64,000 bases of DNA, from the IMG/VR virus record IMGVR_UViG_3300042549_007727. One strand, 5' to 3'. Below are positions 19,160 through 29,895 of the stretch, in pieces. Origin of the DNA: a virus. Both the position numbers and the translations under genes were made by a program. Each line of letters begins with the position of its first letter. Positions within the stretch are counted from its first letter, which is position 1. Below the pieces are notes generated by a model. The model saw nothing but the letters and a program-made list of their open reading frames with translations, searched no databases and was not told the origin of the DNA.

Positions 19160-19669
19160 ATGGCACGAGGTAAAAACAAAGCCGTAGCTGAGCGAAGAAA
19201 AGCTGCTTTAGTAGAGATTGGATCTATTGATTCGCTACGCCTTGAGATTAAAAACTTAAAAGAAGAATTAGAAAAAACTAAGCGCAATGCGGCGTTTAAT
19301 GAAGGTCTAAAGTTAGACAACATCGTCGAGTTAAATAGAAGATTAAAAGAAAACACTTCTATTGAAGTTGAAGAGCTTAAAGCAACAGTTGATGACTTAA
19401 AGAAACAGCTAGGTGAATCAAGAAAAAAGGAGGACCAATCCTCGAAGAGATGGTCAAAAGCAATTGACTATATGGTTGGCCACTTTGAAAAAGAACATAA
19501 CATGCCACGCCATGAGGCAGCTGGGATGATGTTCCCTGCTACCGAAGAAGACTGGAGCGATGGGATTCCTGTAATTGCAGACACTGATTTAGTTAATAAA
19601 GCAAGAGCTGGGAAACTAACTGACGCACAGGTCAAACTACTACAGAGAAAGCGTATGGGCTACCGATGA
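19160..19669 (+). CDS. Coiled-coil hypothetical protein
   Basis: TTGACA promoter at 19105, GAAAGG RBS. Confidence 0.7.
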   Translation: MARGKNKAVAERRKAALVEIGSIDSLRLEIKNLKEELEKTKRNAAFNEGLKLDNIVELNRRLKENTSIEVEELKATVDDLKKQLGESRKKEDQSSKRWSKAIDYMVGHFEKEHNMPRHEAAGMMFPATEEDWSDGIPVIADTDLVNKARAGKLTDAQVKLLQRKRMGYR

Positions 19670-20052
19670 AAATGCAGCATAGGGTTCCTATAAATAATAT
19701 CTCTTACAACATGACTGGAAAGCTTGACCCTACCTATGAAGCTGAAGTCGAGCGCTCCACTAAAAAGTTGGAGAAAGAGTGGGAGAAGGCCCAGAAAAGA
19801 TTAGAGTCTGCCAAGGCTGCTGCAGAAAGTGCTAGGCTCCGAGCTGCCTATGTCGAAGAACAAAAAGCTGAAAGATTAGAGCGCAAAACTGCTGAAAAAG
19901 AGTATAGACTAGCTTTATCGCTTTTGGCAGAGCGTGAAGAAGAACTGCGCGAGATAGAGATTATGATGACATCATCTCCCGCTGGTTCGCAAAATAGAGG
20001 CAATAAGTCATACAGACCGGTTCCTGTTAAGAGTCGGGGAAAGAAGAAGTAA
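19666..20052 (+). CDS. Coiled-coil hypothetical protein
   Basis: ATGA overlap with the previous gene; E/K/A-rich. Confidence 0.65.
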   Translation: MKMQHRVPINNISYNMTGKLDPTYEAEVERSTKKLEKEWEKAQKRLESAKAAAESARLRAAYVEEQKAERLERKTAEKEYRLALSLLAEREEELREIEIMMTSSPAGSQNRGNKSYRPVPVKSRGKKK

Positions 20053-20377
20053 TAATGGAAATCACATTCGTTTGGAGCTGGCTATCCTTTTGGATTGGCG
20101 TTGCTTCTGTATTCGTAAGCCTGTTTGCTATAGCTGTAGTAATGGCTGTAGCTAACGCTGGTAAAGCAAAGAAGAAGACTTCTGAGCTTATGGATATGCA
20201 GTGGGGCTCAAGCTTTAAGTAGTCATCCAATTGCTGGTAGAATAGGTGTCATGGAGATACTTATCTGGCTGGGCGTATTAGCCTGGATCATTGGTGCTGT
20301 TGGTGCTTACTTTGTCGTATCTATTAAACTATCTAAAGAGATAAAAGAGATGACTCCTAGCCAACGTGTAGAGTTCT

Positions 20378-20980
20378 TTAAGACTCGTAGGCAGCGTTAG
20401 GCTCCGTACCAAAAAGCATTGCTATCCCGTATCGATGACCGGATAGCACTTTACAGACTTCATGAATATGATCTGTGTCTCCCGGAAATAAGACAAGCAT
20501 TCCAGCTTTAGGTTCAACTTTCATGTCTTGTTTGGGGAATACTATCTCCCCTCCTGTAAAATCTTCCCCGTGATTGCATAAGTAGAGTAAGGCTGAATAC
20601 TCTAAATGGTTAGCTCCGTCTGGAGCTCCTTCGAATGGGGATCCGTCTACGTTACATATGTCTGCATGGAGTCCGTTGCTAGCACCCTGATCCATCCTGA
20701 CTAGCCCTGCTTCAAAAGCTGTGAGGTTGGCGTCAAAAACTTTTTCTAATTTATCTTTGATTAAAAGTATGACGTCAGACACTAGCTTTGAGTTCTGGAT
20801 ATCTCCCTCTACATTGAATAAAGGGTAACCTTCTTTAGTTTCGTCTGGGTGTCTTACCCATAGGTTCCATAGCCAAACCGGCTTTACTGTTTCTTGATCG
20901 GGGGCTGGATCCGAGTAGCCATCAACGATACTCTGGGCAAGTTGAGGGGGTATAAAGTTCTTTATAATTTGGACGGTCAT
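20378..20980 (-). CDS. 2OG-Fe(II) oxygenase
   Basis: LHAD...LLYL...FTGGEIVFP...AGMLVLFP...H.V..V.SG.RY. Confidence 0.85.
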   Translation of the reverse strand: MTVQIIKNFIPPQLAQSIVDGYSDPAPDQETVKPVWLWNLWVRHPDETKEGYPLFNVEGDIQNSKLVSDVILLIKDKLEKVFDANLTAFEAGLVRMDQGASNGLHADICNVDGSPFEGAPDGANHLEYSALLYLCNHGEDFTGGEIVFPKQDMKVEPKAGMLVLFPGDTDHIHEVCKVLSGHRYGIAMLFGTEPNAAYES

Positions 20981-20994
20981 ATTTGAGCTAAGCT

Positions 20995-21246
20995 TTAGAG
21001 CTCTTCGTCTTCTCGAAACTCTAGCTCTTTTTCGTGATCCGGTCCCCAGGCGTAATACTTAACGGTCTTGAGAAGGTCTAGGACTTCGTAGGTTAGGTTC
21101 TCTGTAGCCAAGAGAAGGTCTGCCTTGTGCTCAGGATCTATAGGTTCTTCGACCTCTGCGTGTACTTCCTGGACGGCATAAGCGCATAGTTGTAAGCGCC
21201 TTAGAGCTACGTCTATAGGCGTTGCTAGAGGATTTTGTCCTGCCAT
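20995..21246 (-). CDS. Hypothetical protein
   Basis: ORF track; TAAAAT -10 immediately upstream of the ATG. Confidence 0.6.
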   Translation of the reverse strand: MAGQNPLATPIDVALRRLQLCAYAVQEVHAEVEEPIDPEHKADLLLATENLTYEVLDLLKTVKYYAWGPDHEKELEFREDEEL

Positions 21247-21334
21247 GCTTATATTTTAAGGGATAGGCGGTTGGGGCATTGTGTGGTTGCCCCTTAGCTT
21301 GACATAATTAGTTTATTTAGCTATTATTACAGAT

Positions 21335-22288
21335 ATGACAAAGCTATTAATCTCCTACAGCGACTCCTACCTTAACTGGAAACTAGGTAGCGGGAATGGG
21401 TCGCACCCTACTAATCCCGTGAGAGCTAAGCTGGCAGTCGAGTATCTAGAAGCCGAACTACCTGAAATTGGTGTGAGCTACGAGATTATTGAGCCTACCT
21501 TTAATGAAGAGGATAGAGATCGCCTGTTAGAAGTTCACTCGGAACAGCACGTTTCTAGGGTCTTAGACACTGGAACTAGCGCTGAATGGTTTGGGGTTAG
21601 CAGAAGTAACGCTGAGACGGCTGGCTTAATGTTTGGTGGAACCGTAAGACTTGTAGAGCGAATTCTTTCTGGAGAGACTAGAGTTGCCTTTAACCCTCAG
21701 GGGGCGAAGCACCACGCTCATTACAATAAGTCCTCTGGCTTTTGCGTGTTTAACGACATGGCTTGGGCGGCCCTAGAGTTTAAGAAGGCTGGCCTAAAGG
21801 TGGCCTATATAGACTGGGATGTACATGCTGGAGATGGCGTACAGGCTTTATTGGCTGAGACAGACATTCCTACTTTTAGCATACATGGCCATGGAATCTT
21901 CCCTAATTTGCACTACACTTCTATAGCTGATGAGGAAGGTGACTATCTATATATGGACGAAGATAGCCACTGGTATAACTACAACCTAGAGCAGGGTGCC
22001 GGTGACGAGTCTTTTGCTTGGGCTATTGACGACACTGTTAAAAGGATTGAGGAGTACGCTCCTGATGTAATTCTTATAGCAATTGGAGCAGATGGTCATG
22101 AAGGTGAGCACTGGGGACTTAAATATACCCTAGATGGCTACATCTATGCCGCCGATAAAGTAGCTGAACTTGCTAATAAGTTTGGTTCGAAGGTTCTTAT
22201 TGGTGGAGCTGGAGGCTATCAACCACTTACTTGGACTCCTAGAATCTGGGCTGAGGTAGTTAAGAGTATTGGCAGTAAGTTAGTTTAA
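21335..22288 (+). CDS. Histone deacetylase family (AcuC-like) Zn-dependent deacetylase
   Basis: G.HHA, SGFCVFND, IDWDVH.GDG, SIH, GADGH, GGY motifs. Confidence 0.92.
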   Translation: MTKLLISYSDSYLNWKLGSGNGSHPTNPVRAKLAVEYLEAELPEIGVSYEIIEPTFNEEDRDRLLEVHSEQHVSRVLDTGTSAEWFGVSRSNAETAGLMFGGTVRLVERILSGETRVAFNPQGAKHHAHYNKSSGFCVFNDMAWAALEFKKAGLKVAYIDWDVHAGDGVQALLAETDIPTFSIHGHGIFPNLHYTSIADEEGDYLYMDEDSHWYNYNLEQGAGDESFAWAIDDTVKRIEEYAPDVILIAIGADGHEGEHWGLKYTLDGYIYAADKVAELANKFGSKVLIGGAGGYQPLTWTPRIWAEVVKSIGSKLV

Positions 22289-22402
22289 AAATAGGTTACT
22301 TGCGCTATCTTGCTCGACTGATATACTACGGAGAAACCCTGCCTACTGTAGATAAATACCTACTTGACGGATTAGAAGGATAGTATATAGTTAGGAAGGG
22401 GC

Positions 22403-22564
22403 TTATTCGCCTTCTTTACTGTCCTTGATGGCAGTATCTTTGTTATCTTTTCTGGATCCTTTTAGCTTCTTAGGGGTCTGAACTAGGTGCGGAGCCTTCA
22501 GCATAGACTGAAATAACGCTTGGCTTTCTGCCTTGCGTCTGGCTTCATTTGATCTGTCTAGCAT
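22403..22564 (-). CDS. Small basic protein (53 aa), leaderless
   Basis: Hand translation MLDRSNEARRKAES...; TGCTATACT extended -10 six nt upstream of the ATG. Confidence 0.55.
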   Translation of the reverse strand: MLDRSNEARRKAESQALFQSMLKAPHLVQTPKKLKGSRKDNKDTAIKDSKEGE

Positions 22565-22761
22565 GGTTCTAGTATAGCATAGTGGTCTCTGGGAAGTCTT
22601 GTTTAGATGGTAGTGTAGTCGAATGCTCTAGAAAAAATTAGGGGACAAAATAGCCGATTAGTCCTCGTTTTTTGATAATACCTTTGGCCTAATCTTATTA
22701 TAGTTTTTTAAGAAAGTCAAGATAATTTTTTGATAATACCCCTCTAAAATATAACTTAACT

Positions 22762-22834
22762 ACTTATTGAACTTATAAGACTACCCATGCGTAGGTGATC
22801 CTACGGGGCTTACCCTATTATAAGTCCAATAAGT
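22762..22834. repeat. AT-rich inverted repeat with a nested hairpin
   Basis: ACTTATTGAACTTATAA / TTATAAGTCCAATAAGT (16/17 match) enclosing CGTAGG-TGAT-CCTACG. Confidence 0.7.
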
Positions 22835-23147
22835 TAATAAGTCTATAAGAGTGTTTTTTCTGTGCTAGACTACTTTTTAGAGAGTTTCGACTTGACATTT
22901 GGTTTTCGATTTCTTAAGGTAGAAGCAGGAGATGTGATGATAGATAAAGACAATATTGAAGAACTTGGATACGAACTTGAGACCATCTTAGCAGACAGAA
23001 AAAAGGAAGTAATGACGGGTTTAGATATTCCAGCAGGTTGGTACCAAAACATTAAGGGTTCCCTATATCACTATGACGGTGTCGTTTGGGATGAAGTCCC
23101 CGACTGGGATATTAAACAACTAGAGTACTTAGGATAGGAGAAAGAAA

Positions 23148-23444
23148 ATGATTAAACCTTACGCAGGAAAACTTCGTGGAGTTAGGGTGATGCCTGACCC
23201 ACTAGGGATACTACTCAACCCTTTCGAGGAGAACGGATCCACTTTCGGATACGTCATAGTTCAGAATGAAGACTCCCCCGCTGTGTTCGATGGCTCTGAG
23301 TGGCATTCAATTCTGGAGGATTGGACCGACTGGGAAGCCAACAAAGGCGACATGTTCACCAGCCAACTGAGCAAGATATCAGAGTCAGTTGAGCTTGACC
23401 CAGCTTATGAAAGAATCTCTAGTCTATTCTCAGTCGGTGCCTAA
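23148..23444 (+). CDS. Hypothetical protein
   Basis: AGGAG RBS. Confidence 0.65.
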   Translation: MIKPYAGKLRGVRVMPDPLGILLNPFEENGSTFGYVIVQNEDSPAVFDGSEWHSILEDWTDWEANKGDMFTSQLSKISESVELDPAYERISSLFSVGA

Positions 23445-24034
23445 TGGCTTCCGAATTGGAAGAGAACATAGACTTTACTGTCGAGCCGATTAAGGAAGAA
23501 GCGGCTACTGTTCACGCTAATCCATTGGAGTTCTTTGGCTTTGATTCAGATGAGATTGACGAAGTCTTCAAAGAAAATGAGATAGAAGCTGTTATCCGTA
23601 GGGATAAGAGAGTCTGCTCATGTGGCCACCCAATCAAGAAACATGAAAACATAGAGCATGTCGGATGGCTCTGTAAGCCCGGGAGGCAGCAGTGTAGATG
23701 CTCCGAACCTTACGCAGTCATCTCTGTTTGGGATACCAGATACTTCATGAGAAAGAGCGTTGGCAATGGTGGGCGACACGCCCTAGCTCTAGGAATTAGA
23801 GCTTCCATGGATGCTGACCCAACTAAGAATGACCTTCTCCAATGGCTAATCCCAACAACCTGCCAAGCCTGCGGTACTGAGAATGTGAAGCTTTACCCTA
23901 TGAACATGACAGATCAAGGAGTAATCAAAGAGGAGTCTGCCTACAAGACCAAGCTCCTTTGTGATGGCTGTGCTTACGGACAGGCCACTGTCTTGAGGGA
24001 GTTTCCAGCAAATAGGCCAGAGCTCAACCAATAG
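23444..24034 (+). CDS. Zn-finger protein
   Basis: CSCGH..H..C..C.C and CxxC...CxxC. Confidence 0.65.
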   Translation: MASELEENIDFTVEPIKEEAATVHANPLEFFGFDSDEIDEVFKENEIEAVIRRDKRVCSCGHPIKKHENIEHVGWLCKPGRQQCRCSEPYAVISVWDTRYFMRKSVGNGGRHALALGIRASMDADPTKNDLLQWLIPTTCQACGTENVKLYPMNMTDQGVIKEESAYKTKLLCDGCAYGQATVLREFPANRPELNQ

Positions 24035-24080
24035 AAAAAAATGATACTATGAGGACTAACGAACATTTCAGGAGATAAAG

Positions 24081-24350
24081 ATGAAGTTTACATGGTGGGA
24101 TCAGCTGGTCCTAAACCTGACCGGCAGACTCCCAAAGAAGACTCAGGAAGAAGTCGATGAACTTGTTCGGCTTAAGGAGTTTATAGCTAGAGCGACCGAG
24201 GCAGACCACAGAGCCAGACTCGCGGCAGAGGAAAAGAAAAAATCACCTAAGCCAAAAGGTAGTACATTAGATTTGGTGAAGGACAAGTCAGACTTGGCCC
24301 CATCAAAAAAGAAGGCAGACTCTACAAAGAAGAAGCCTTCAAAGGGTTAA
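24081..24350 (+). CDS. Lys-rich hypothetical protein
   Basis: AGGAG RBS. Confidence 0.6.
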   Translation: MKFTWWDQLVLNLTGRLPKKTQEEVDELVRLKEFIARATEADHRARLAAEEKKKSPKPKGSTLDLVKDKSDLAPSKKKADSTKKKPSKG

Positions 24351-24506
24351 CCACTTTCCTTGGGAGAGGGGAGATGTGGTTGACTGTGCCCACAACTGAA
24401 TATCGCTTAAACCCTAGCGGGATTTTAAGGAGCTAGAGTTTTGGCAAAAAGTAACCGTCCTGTCTGTTAGAGTGATAGGGCGGTTTACTTTTATCTGGAA
24501 AGACTT

Positions 24507-24761
24507 ATGGACTCTAAAGACTTATCAAAGATTGGGCCACTCGCCGACGAGTTGGGCATCACTCCAAAAACTATCTACAACTGGATTAGCGACGGCCGCC
24601 TTGAGATAAAGAAGCCAGGGTTCGTTAGCAAGTCCGAAGCTTGGGAAGTATTCAACTTCATGCAAGAGAAGCGCGTTGAGATTTCTTACTTCATGTCTGC
24701 TTATGGTATCAACCGTGATGCTTATGGTCGATTCATTTCAGAGTCAGAGAAGTCGGCTTAA
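24507..24761 (+). CDS. HTH DNA-binding protein (excisionase/MerR-like)
   Basis: LADELGITPKTIYNWI..GRL. Confidence 0.7.
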   Translation: MDSKDLSKIGPLADELGITPKTIYNWISDGRLEIKKPGFVSKSEAWEVFNFMQEKRVEISYFMSAYGINRDAYGRFISESEKSA

Positions 24762-24941
24762 TCCAAATGTTGTTTATGAGGGGCAAAAAGGTAGCGCTCT
24801 CCCTCTCCGCACTCAAAATATTCTTTCAAACTAATCACCAACTTTTAACGAATGTACAATTGTTAGTTAGGGCGGCCAGGATTTCCGTCCTCTCCCCAGT
24901 AGATCCTGGTCGTCCGTCTTCTAACGATTGGAACGTTTAAC

Positions 24942-26012
24942 ATGAGCAAGGACTTAGTCCCTGAATATCAGATCGATGACCCCATCGACCTTAGGGCTGA
25001 CCTCTCCACCCTCGGCATCGAAGAAGTCGATAAGGGCATCTGCGAAGATAACTACGAGAACCGTGGTATATTACGGCGCGCTAAACTCAACTGGGATCCA
25101 GTCTTTTCAACCAACGGAGTTCCTACTGGATTAATAAGGGCCCGATCAAAAGAAACCACCAAGGAACGTCGCCTCTTATCATTAGCGGAGAAACGTCCAT
25201 TACTTGTTGTCCCAACGGATAACAACTCAGACTTCCTAACCGGCCTGGATCTCTTAGCGGAGTCGGCGAGCGATTACTTAGTACCGCCTTGGGTTGTTCA
25301 TTCTACCAGGTTATACTTAAAAGAGCAAGAGGACGGTGGACCAAAATCCGCTAAACGCCAGCCGCTCTGCCAACCCCACCGCTGCCGCCAGATCAAGGAT
25401 GACGGTATCCGCTGTATGCTATGGTCCAGTGGACGTCCAAAGGATGACGGGTTGTGCCGGATACATTTGAGGAGTATTAAAAAGCTAACCTCAGATGATA
25501 TTGAACGGGCGCGCACTAAGTTGATGCAAGCCGCCCCATATGCCGTTGACAAACTTGAAGAGCTGATGGAGTACGCCGAGAGCGAACCGGTTATGCTTAA
25601 GGCTGCCACCGAAATCCTCGACCGAGCTGGAGTTCGAGGCGGCGTGGAGATCGATACGAATGTCAATATTGACGTCCGCCCCGCAGCAGAAGTTATTAAC
25701 GAAAGATTAAACCGGCTTGCTGCAGGAGCCATTCATACTGCGGCCCGCCTATCTCAAGAGGGCGCGGATGTTGTAGACGCCGAGATTGTTGAAGAGACCG
25801 CGAGCGCCACCGGATCTGGATCTGAACCTTTTAACGAAGAATTAAAAGACGGACCGGTTGATCTGACGGGGAACATTAAAGCTCAAGCTGAAGATGCAGC
25901 CGCCGGATCCGGAACTTCTGACGGTTCATTAAAAGTTGGCCATGGCCAGAAAAATGGCCAAAACGGCCAGGATGGCCAAGACCGGCCCGCGCTACCTAAG
26001 GAAGAGAAATAA
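24942..26012 (+). CDS. Zn-finger plus helical protein; possible terminase small subunit-like
   Basis: C.....DG.RC........LCRIH followed by AESE.V.LKAA.EILDRAG, resembling actinophage TerS-like proteins. Confidence 0.4.
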   Translation: MSKDLVPEYQIDDPIDLRADLSTLGIEEVDKGICEDNYENRGILRRAKLNWDPVFSTNGVPTGLIRARSKETTKERRLLSLAEKRPLLVVPTDNNSDFLTGLDLLAESASDYLVPPWVVHSTRLYLKEQEDGGPKSAKRQPLCQPHRCRQIKDDGIRCMLWSSGRPKDDGLCRIHLRSIKKLTSDDIERARTKLMQAAPYAVDKLEELMEYAESEPVMLKAATEILDRAGVRGGVEIDTNVNIDVRPAAEVINERLNRLAAGAIHTAARLSQEGADVVDAEIVEETASATGSGSEPFNEELKDGPVDLTGNIKAQAEDAAAGSGTSDGSLKVGHGQKNGQNGQDGQDRPALPKEEK

Positions 26013-26359
26013 TGGAGAACAACTACTCAACGGGTAACGAGGATCTGACCTTTTCACAGATTATCGAAACGGCCCGCGCTCACTATGAGAACCTAAAAGC
26101 GGACATCCCAAACGCCTCTAACCGTATCGAGCACATCAGGTTGACGACGCTAGCTCAGGAAGCATATAGTCTTTTAACGGATCTTGAGTTGTTCGAACTA
26201 GGTCTCGTCTATGCACGGGTATCAAATCTAGACGCTGCGTCTATGGAGCGTTACATGCAAATAATCGCGTCTCGTAAAAACAACGGATCAGACACTGACA
26301 TCCCACTGGACTTACCAGAATTTAAGTCTCCGTTTACTCCGCCGCCAGCAATGCAGTAG
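26012..26359 (+). CDS. Hypothetical protein
   Basis: TAATG coupling with the previous gene. Confidence 0.6.
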   Translation: MENNYSTGNEDLTFSQIIETARAHYENLKADIPNASNRIEHIRLTTLAQEAYSLLTDLELFELGLVYARVSNLDAASMERYMQIIASRKNNGSDTDIPLDLPEFKSPFTPPPAMQ

Positions 26360-26368
26360 ACTTCTCTC

Positions 26369-27238
26369 ATGAGGTTTAAAAAGACGCCAGGACCCGGTCC
26401 GCATGTAGAGCTGTTCATAACTAACGCTCAGAAATATTTGGGGTATACTTCAGATCTTGGCGGCCGTAACATCTTTGGTCAAAAGGTTGGTTACGACGCC
26501 GGCCCATGGAGCGGCGCGTTCATTGATGTGGTGGCCCGGGAGTCGGATCTAAACTTTCCATCATTCGTTTATTCTGCGGCCGGCCTGGCTGAATGCATTC
26601 GCACGGGTTCCATCTCGCGAGCGCCTAAACCAGGCGACGTTGTACTCTTCAACTTTTCATCAAACGTTGGACCGGCTGCTGCAGCATTCGGCATGCCACA
26701 CTGTGGGATCGTAACGGACGTCCAAGAATTCACGAAGACCGGCCGGTTCATCACGGTTGAGGGAAACACTGAAGGCGCGTCTACGTTCACAAAGAAAGAC
26801 GGCGTGCATCAGAAGATCCGACATGTAACGGAAGTTTTAATCTTTTGCCGGCCCGCGTTCAGTAACGGGAAGGTCGGATCCAGGAAGACTTTTTACGAAC
26901 GGTTAATGGTTCTGTTCGACGCGGCCCGCACACGTATGACGGTCGCTGAAATGGAAGAGCTCAAAGGAGCGGCGAGCGCGCCTAGTATTCTCCGCCTGAA
27001 CGGAGACATCCGCTATGGGGATAAGAACAAAAGGATCGAGCTAATCCAGCTAGCGCTCGCGACGGTGACGGACCTCAGGGGATGTGAGCCAGGTAGATGG
27101 GATGCAGCAACCGCCGCTGCGTGCAGCAGGTTTCAACGGAACATTGGAAGAACCGGATCTGACGTAACGGGTCTCCCGGATCCAGGTACTTTGAATCGTT
27201 TGTCAAAAGTTAGCGGCGTCTTCAAATTTGACAGCTGA
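26369..27238 (+). CDS. CHAP-domain protein with peptidoglycan-binding domain (catalytic Cys replaced by Ser)
   Basis: PWSGAF in place of PWC..F; PKPGDVVLF, HCGIV, TVEGNT; C-terminal RFQ..IG. Confidence 0.75.
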   Translation: MRFKKTPGPGPHVELFITNAQKYLGYTSDLGGRNIFGQKVGYDAGPWSGAFIDVVARESDLNFPSFVYSAAGLAECIRTGSISRAPKPGDVVLFNFSSNVGPAAAAFGMPHCGIVTDVQEFTKTGRFITVEGNTEGASTFTKKDGVHQKIRHVTEVLIFCRPAFSNGKVGSRKTFYERLMVLFDAARTRMTVAEMEELKGAASAPSILRLNGDIRYGDKNKRIELIQLALATVTDLRGCEPGRWDAATAAACSRFQRNIGRTGSDVTGLPDPGTLNRLSKVSGVFKFDS

Positions 27239-27285
27239 GCTCCTTAGTGCTAGACTTCCATCGTCTATAGAAAGGACAGCTAAAC

Positions 27286-27615
27286 ATGAACAAAGCAGCA
27301 ATTGATTCCTACGTAAGGAACCTCTTCGGCCAGGTTGTTGGAGCAATCATGATTGTTATGCAAACCTCAGGTATTGCATCACCAATTGACTTCGGCACCA
27401 GTGAGTGGCTCCTCGTGGCCAACGCCTTGTGGGCGTCCCTTATCCCAGTGATTCTTCGTTGGGTCAACAAGAAGGACCCAGCATTCGGTGTGGTTGCAGA
27501 AGCTGCGGCCAAGGAAGTTTCAAAGAAGCTTTCCACTGCAGCGGCGAGCGCTAAGAAAAAGCCAGCTGCAAAGAAGGCTGTTGCTAAGAAGAAGCCGGCG
27601 GCCCGGAAGAAGTAA
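27286..27615 (+). CDS. Holin-like membrane protein with a K/A-rich tail
   Basis: SY.R...A..PV.LRW.N..DPAFG; two TMs; directly follows the CHAP gene. Confidence 0.65.
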   Translation: MNKAAIDSYVRNLFGQVVGAIMIVMQTSGIASPIDFGTSEWLLVANALWASLIPVILRWVNKKDPAFGVVAEAAAKEVSKKLSTAAASAKKKPAAKKAVAKKKPAARKK

Positions 27616-27722
27616 CTTTTAACGAATCATAAGAAGCCGGCCCGGTTCAATGTAACCGCGGTCGGTTTTCTTTTTTCTAGAATGAACTTGACAAATCAAA
27701 ACCGGCATGCTACCGTGCAAGA

Positions 27723-28127
27723 ATGAATCTTTATACATACAGAGTTATACGGGAAGTCGCTTTAGATTTCTATAGAGAGAACGGCATGGAAGTCCACTTT
27801 GACCCAGAGCTGTTCAACGGCGTGCTTGTAGTACAAGCGCCGGACGAGGAAACCTCGGACCGCATACGTAGCACATTCACGGACATAAGGATGTGGGAAA
27901 AAGTAGAAGATGAAGAAGATGAACTCGAGTCTCTAACGGAGGAAGAGTTTGCTGACAAATTAATTGCGTCTAGTATTTTGAGCGAAACCGCTAAAGAAGA
28001 TTTGCAAGAAATTAATCCAGACATTAGAACGGCAATTGAAAGACTTATAGCCGACGGCGAGCTTATGGAAGAAAACGGAAGGTATCGCCTCACGGAAAAA
28101 GGAAAGAATTCCCTAAGAGATAAGTAA
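27723..28127 (+). CDS. Hypothetical protein with a winged-helix-like C-terminus
   Basis: TTGACA promoter; L...G......GRYRLTEKG. Confidence 0.55.
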   Translation: MNLYTYRVIREVALDFYRENGMEVHFDPELFNGVLVVQAPDEETSDRIRSTFTDIRMWEKVEDEEDELESLTEEEFADKLIASSILSETAKEDLQEINPDIRTAIERLIADGELMEENGRYRLTEKGKNSLRDK

Positions 28128-29007
28128 CTTGACAAATGCCGGCGTGCGCGCTATAGTAACTCTTATGAATGAAACATGCGAGCTCTGCGGAGCAACGGGT
28201 AAGGGAACAACGGCGTGGGGTGGCTGGTGCCACGACTGCGATAATCAAATGTCGGAAGCAGGTAACTAATGAACAACAACATGGAGCTAGAGCTCACCAG
28301 AAGCCAAACGGAGAGCTTGATGTTTACTCTCATGAGGATTCTTTTTGACAAGAAAACCGAGCTAACCGAAGCGGCTCGCGCAGACCTAAACTCTATTTAC
28401 GGAAGACTGGTCAATGAGCTTGAGCTTACAAAAGACTAACGGCGCGCCTAAGGCGTGGCTGTGTTCACGCGCTAACGGTTCGGATGACGGCGTGCGCCGT
28501 TTGTCGCACGCTAGTTGCGTCTGCGATGCGTACTACATGTTCAAGTGCTCCGACTGTGGAGACTGCACCCAGTGCACGGATGAGTACTACATGGTTGAAG
28601 ACGAGGTCTGGTACTCAGCGATAACCGCTAGAAGCAAACCAGCAATACTTTGCATTGGTTGCCTGGAGTCGCGCCTGGGCAGACTTTTGACGAAAGATGA
28701 TTTCTCAGACGCGCCACTGAATTCCATGCCATTCTGGCCAAGGTCCGAAAGATTGTCGGCGCGCCTAAATCAATAGTTGCGTTTGTCAGTTACATGTGCT
28801 ATAGTCCAAGTACTAAATAGGAAAGGACACAATGACAGAGAAATCTTTCAATGTCAGTTTTATAACAGACAGAGTAATAGTTAGCACAACAGTCGAAGCT
28901 GATAACGATACAGACGCCCATAACAAAGCCCTAGAGGAAGTTAGGTATTACTTAGGGCTAGACCTAGTCCCTGTTCGTTATCAGATAGAAGTAGAGAAGG
29001 TCTAACA

Positions 29008-29337
29008 ATGATTAGATACCAAACAACAGCTAGTTTTAGTTTTTCAACCAACATTAGACCCGAGCTGGGATTAGAAAAAGAAACCCGCGAAGTCATAAGA
29101 TACCTCATAGAAGAAGAGGGTATTGATTCCTTTTTGGATAAATTAGAGTATGGAGATGTTGAGCAGATAGAAGTCAGTGAAGAGGACATGGACGCTACCC
29201 AAGATAGCGACTTACTAATTCCAATGGACAAAGTCAAAGAGATGTTCACAGCTGTGTCCCTAGGAATCCTTGAGGTAGAAGGACTGACCAAGGAAGAAGC
29301 AGAAGAGGCACTAAAAAGATTTCCAAAGGAACAGTAA
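29008..29337 (+). CDS. Acidic hypothetical protein
   Basis: ORF track. Confidence 0.6.
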   Translation: MIRYQTTASFSFSTNIRPELGLEKETREVIRYLIEEEGIDSFLDKLEYGDVEQIEVSEEDMDATQDSDLLIPMDKVKEMFTAVSLGILEVEGLTKEEAEEALKRFPKEQ

Positions 29338-29895
29338 ACACGCCCATAGATTGCTTGACAAATTTTTAGAATTATGCTACGTTTGTCCTATCAAACAGAA
29401 AGGGGAAGCCACATGGACTTCTATGGAAACCCAGAAATCAAAAAGGCCTATCAGGCCGGCTTCAATGATGGACTCCAATGCGGAGTAGATAATGCACGAG
29501 AGTTCGAATACATTACTGAAGAGCAGGCAGAAGATTTGCTGACTGAACTAGTGAAAGAGGAAAACTAATTATGACAATGGACGAACTGATGGAATACGTT
29601 TTGAGGGAACTACCTGACGCCGTTTTTGGTGAGGACAATGCATCAGGCGAGATTGTTATCGCGACAGGTCTCATAGAAAAATCTGATGGCGAGCCACTAG
29701 AAAGAATTGAGGACTAGTCATGGCGCTTAGTCACAAAGAGTTCACCCAGATAATGGAAGAACTAGAACGAATTGAAAACGAGCCAGCCACAGAGTGCGCG
29801 TGCCGTAACTGCGCCGAGGTCGAGCTTTACAGCAGACTTTATTGCAGAGACTGCTATGACATGGCTTGCTCAAAAACAGACGAGGACATGCACTA

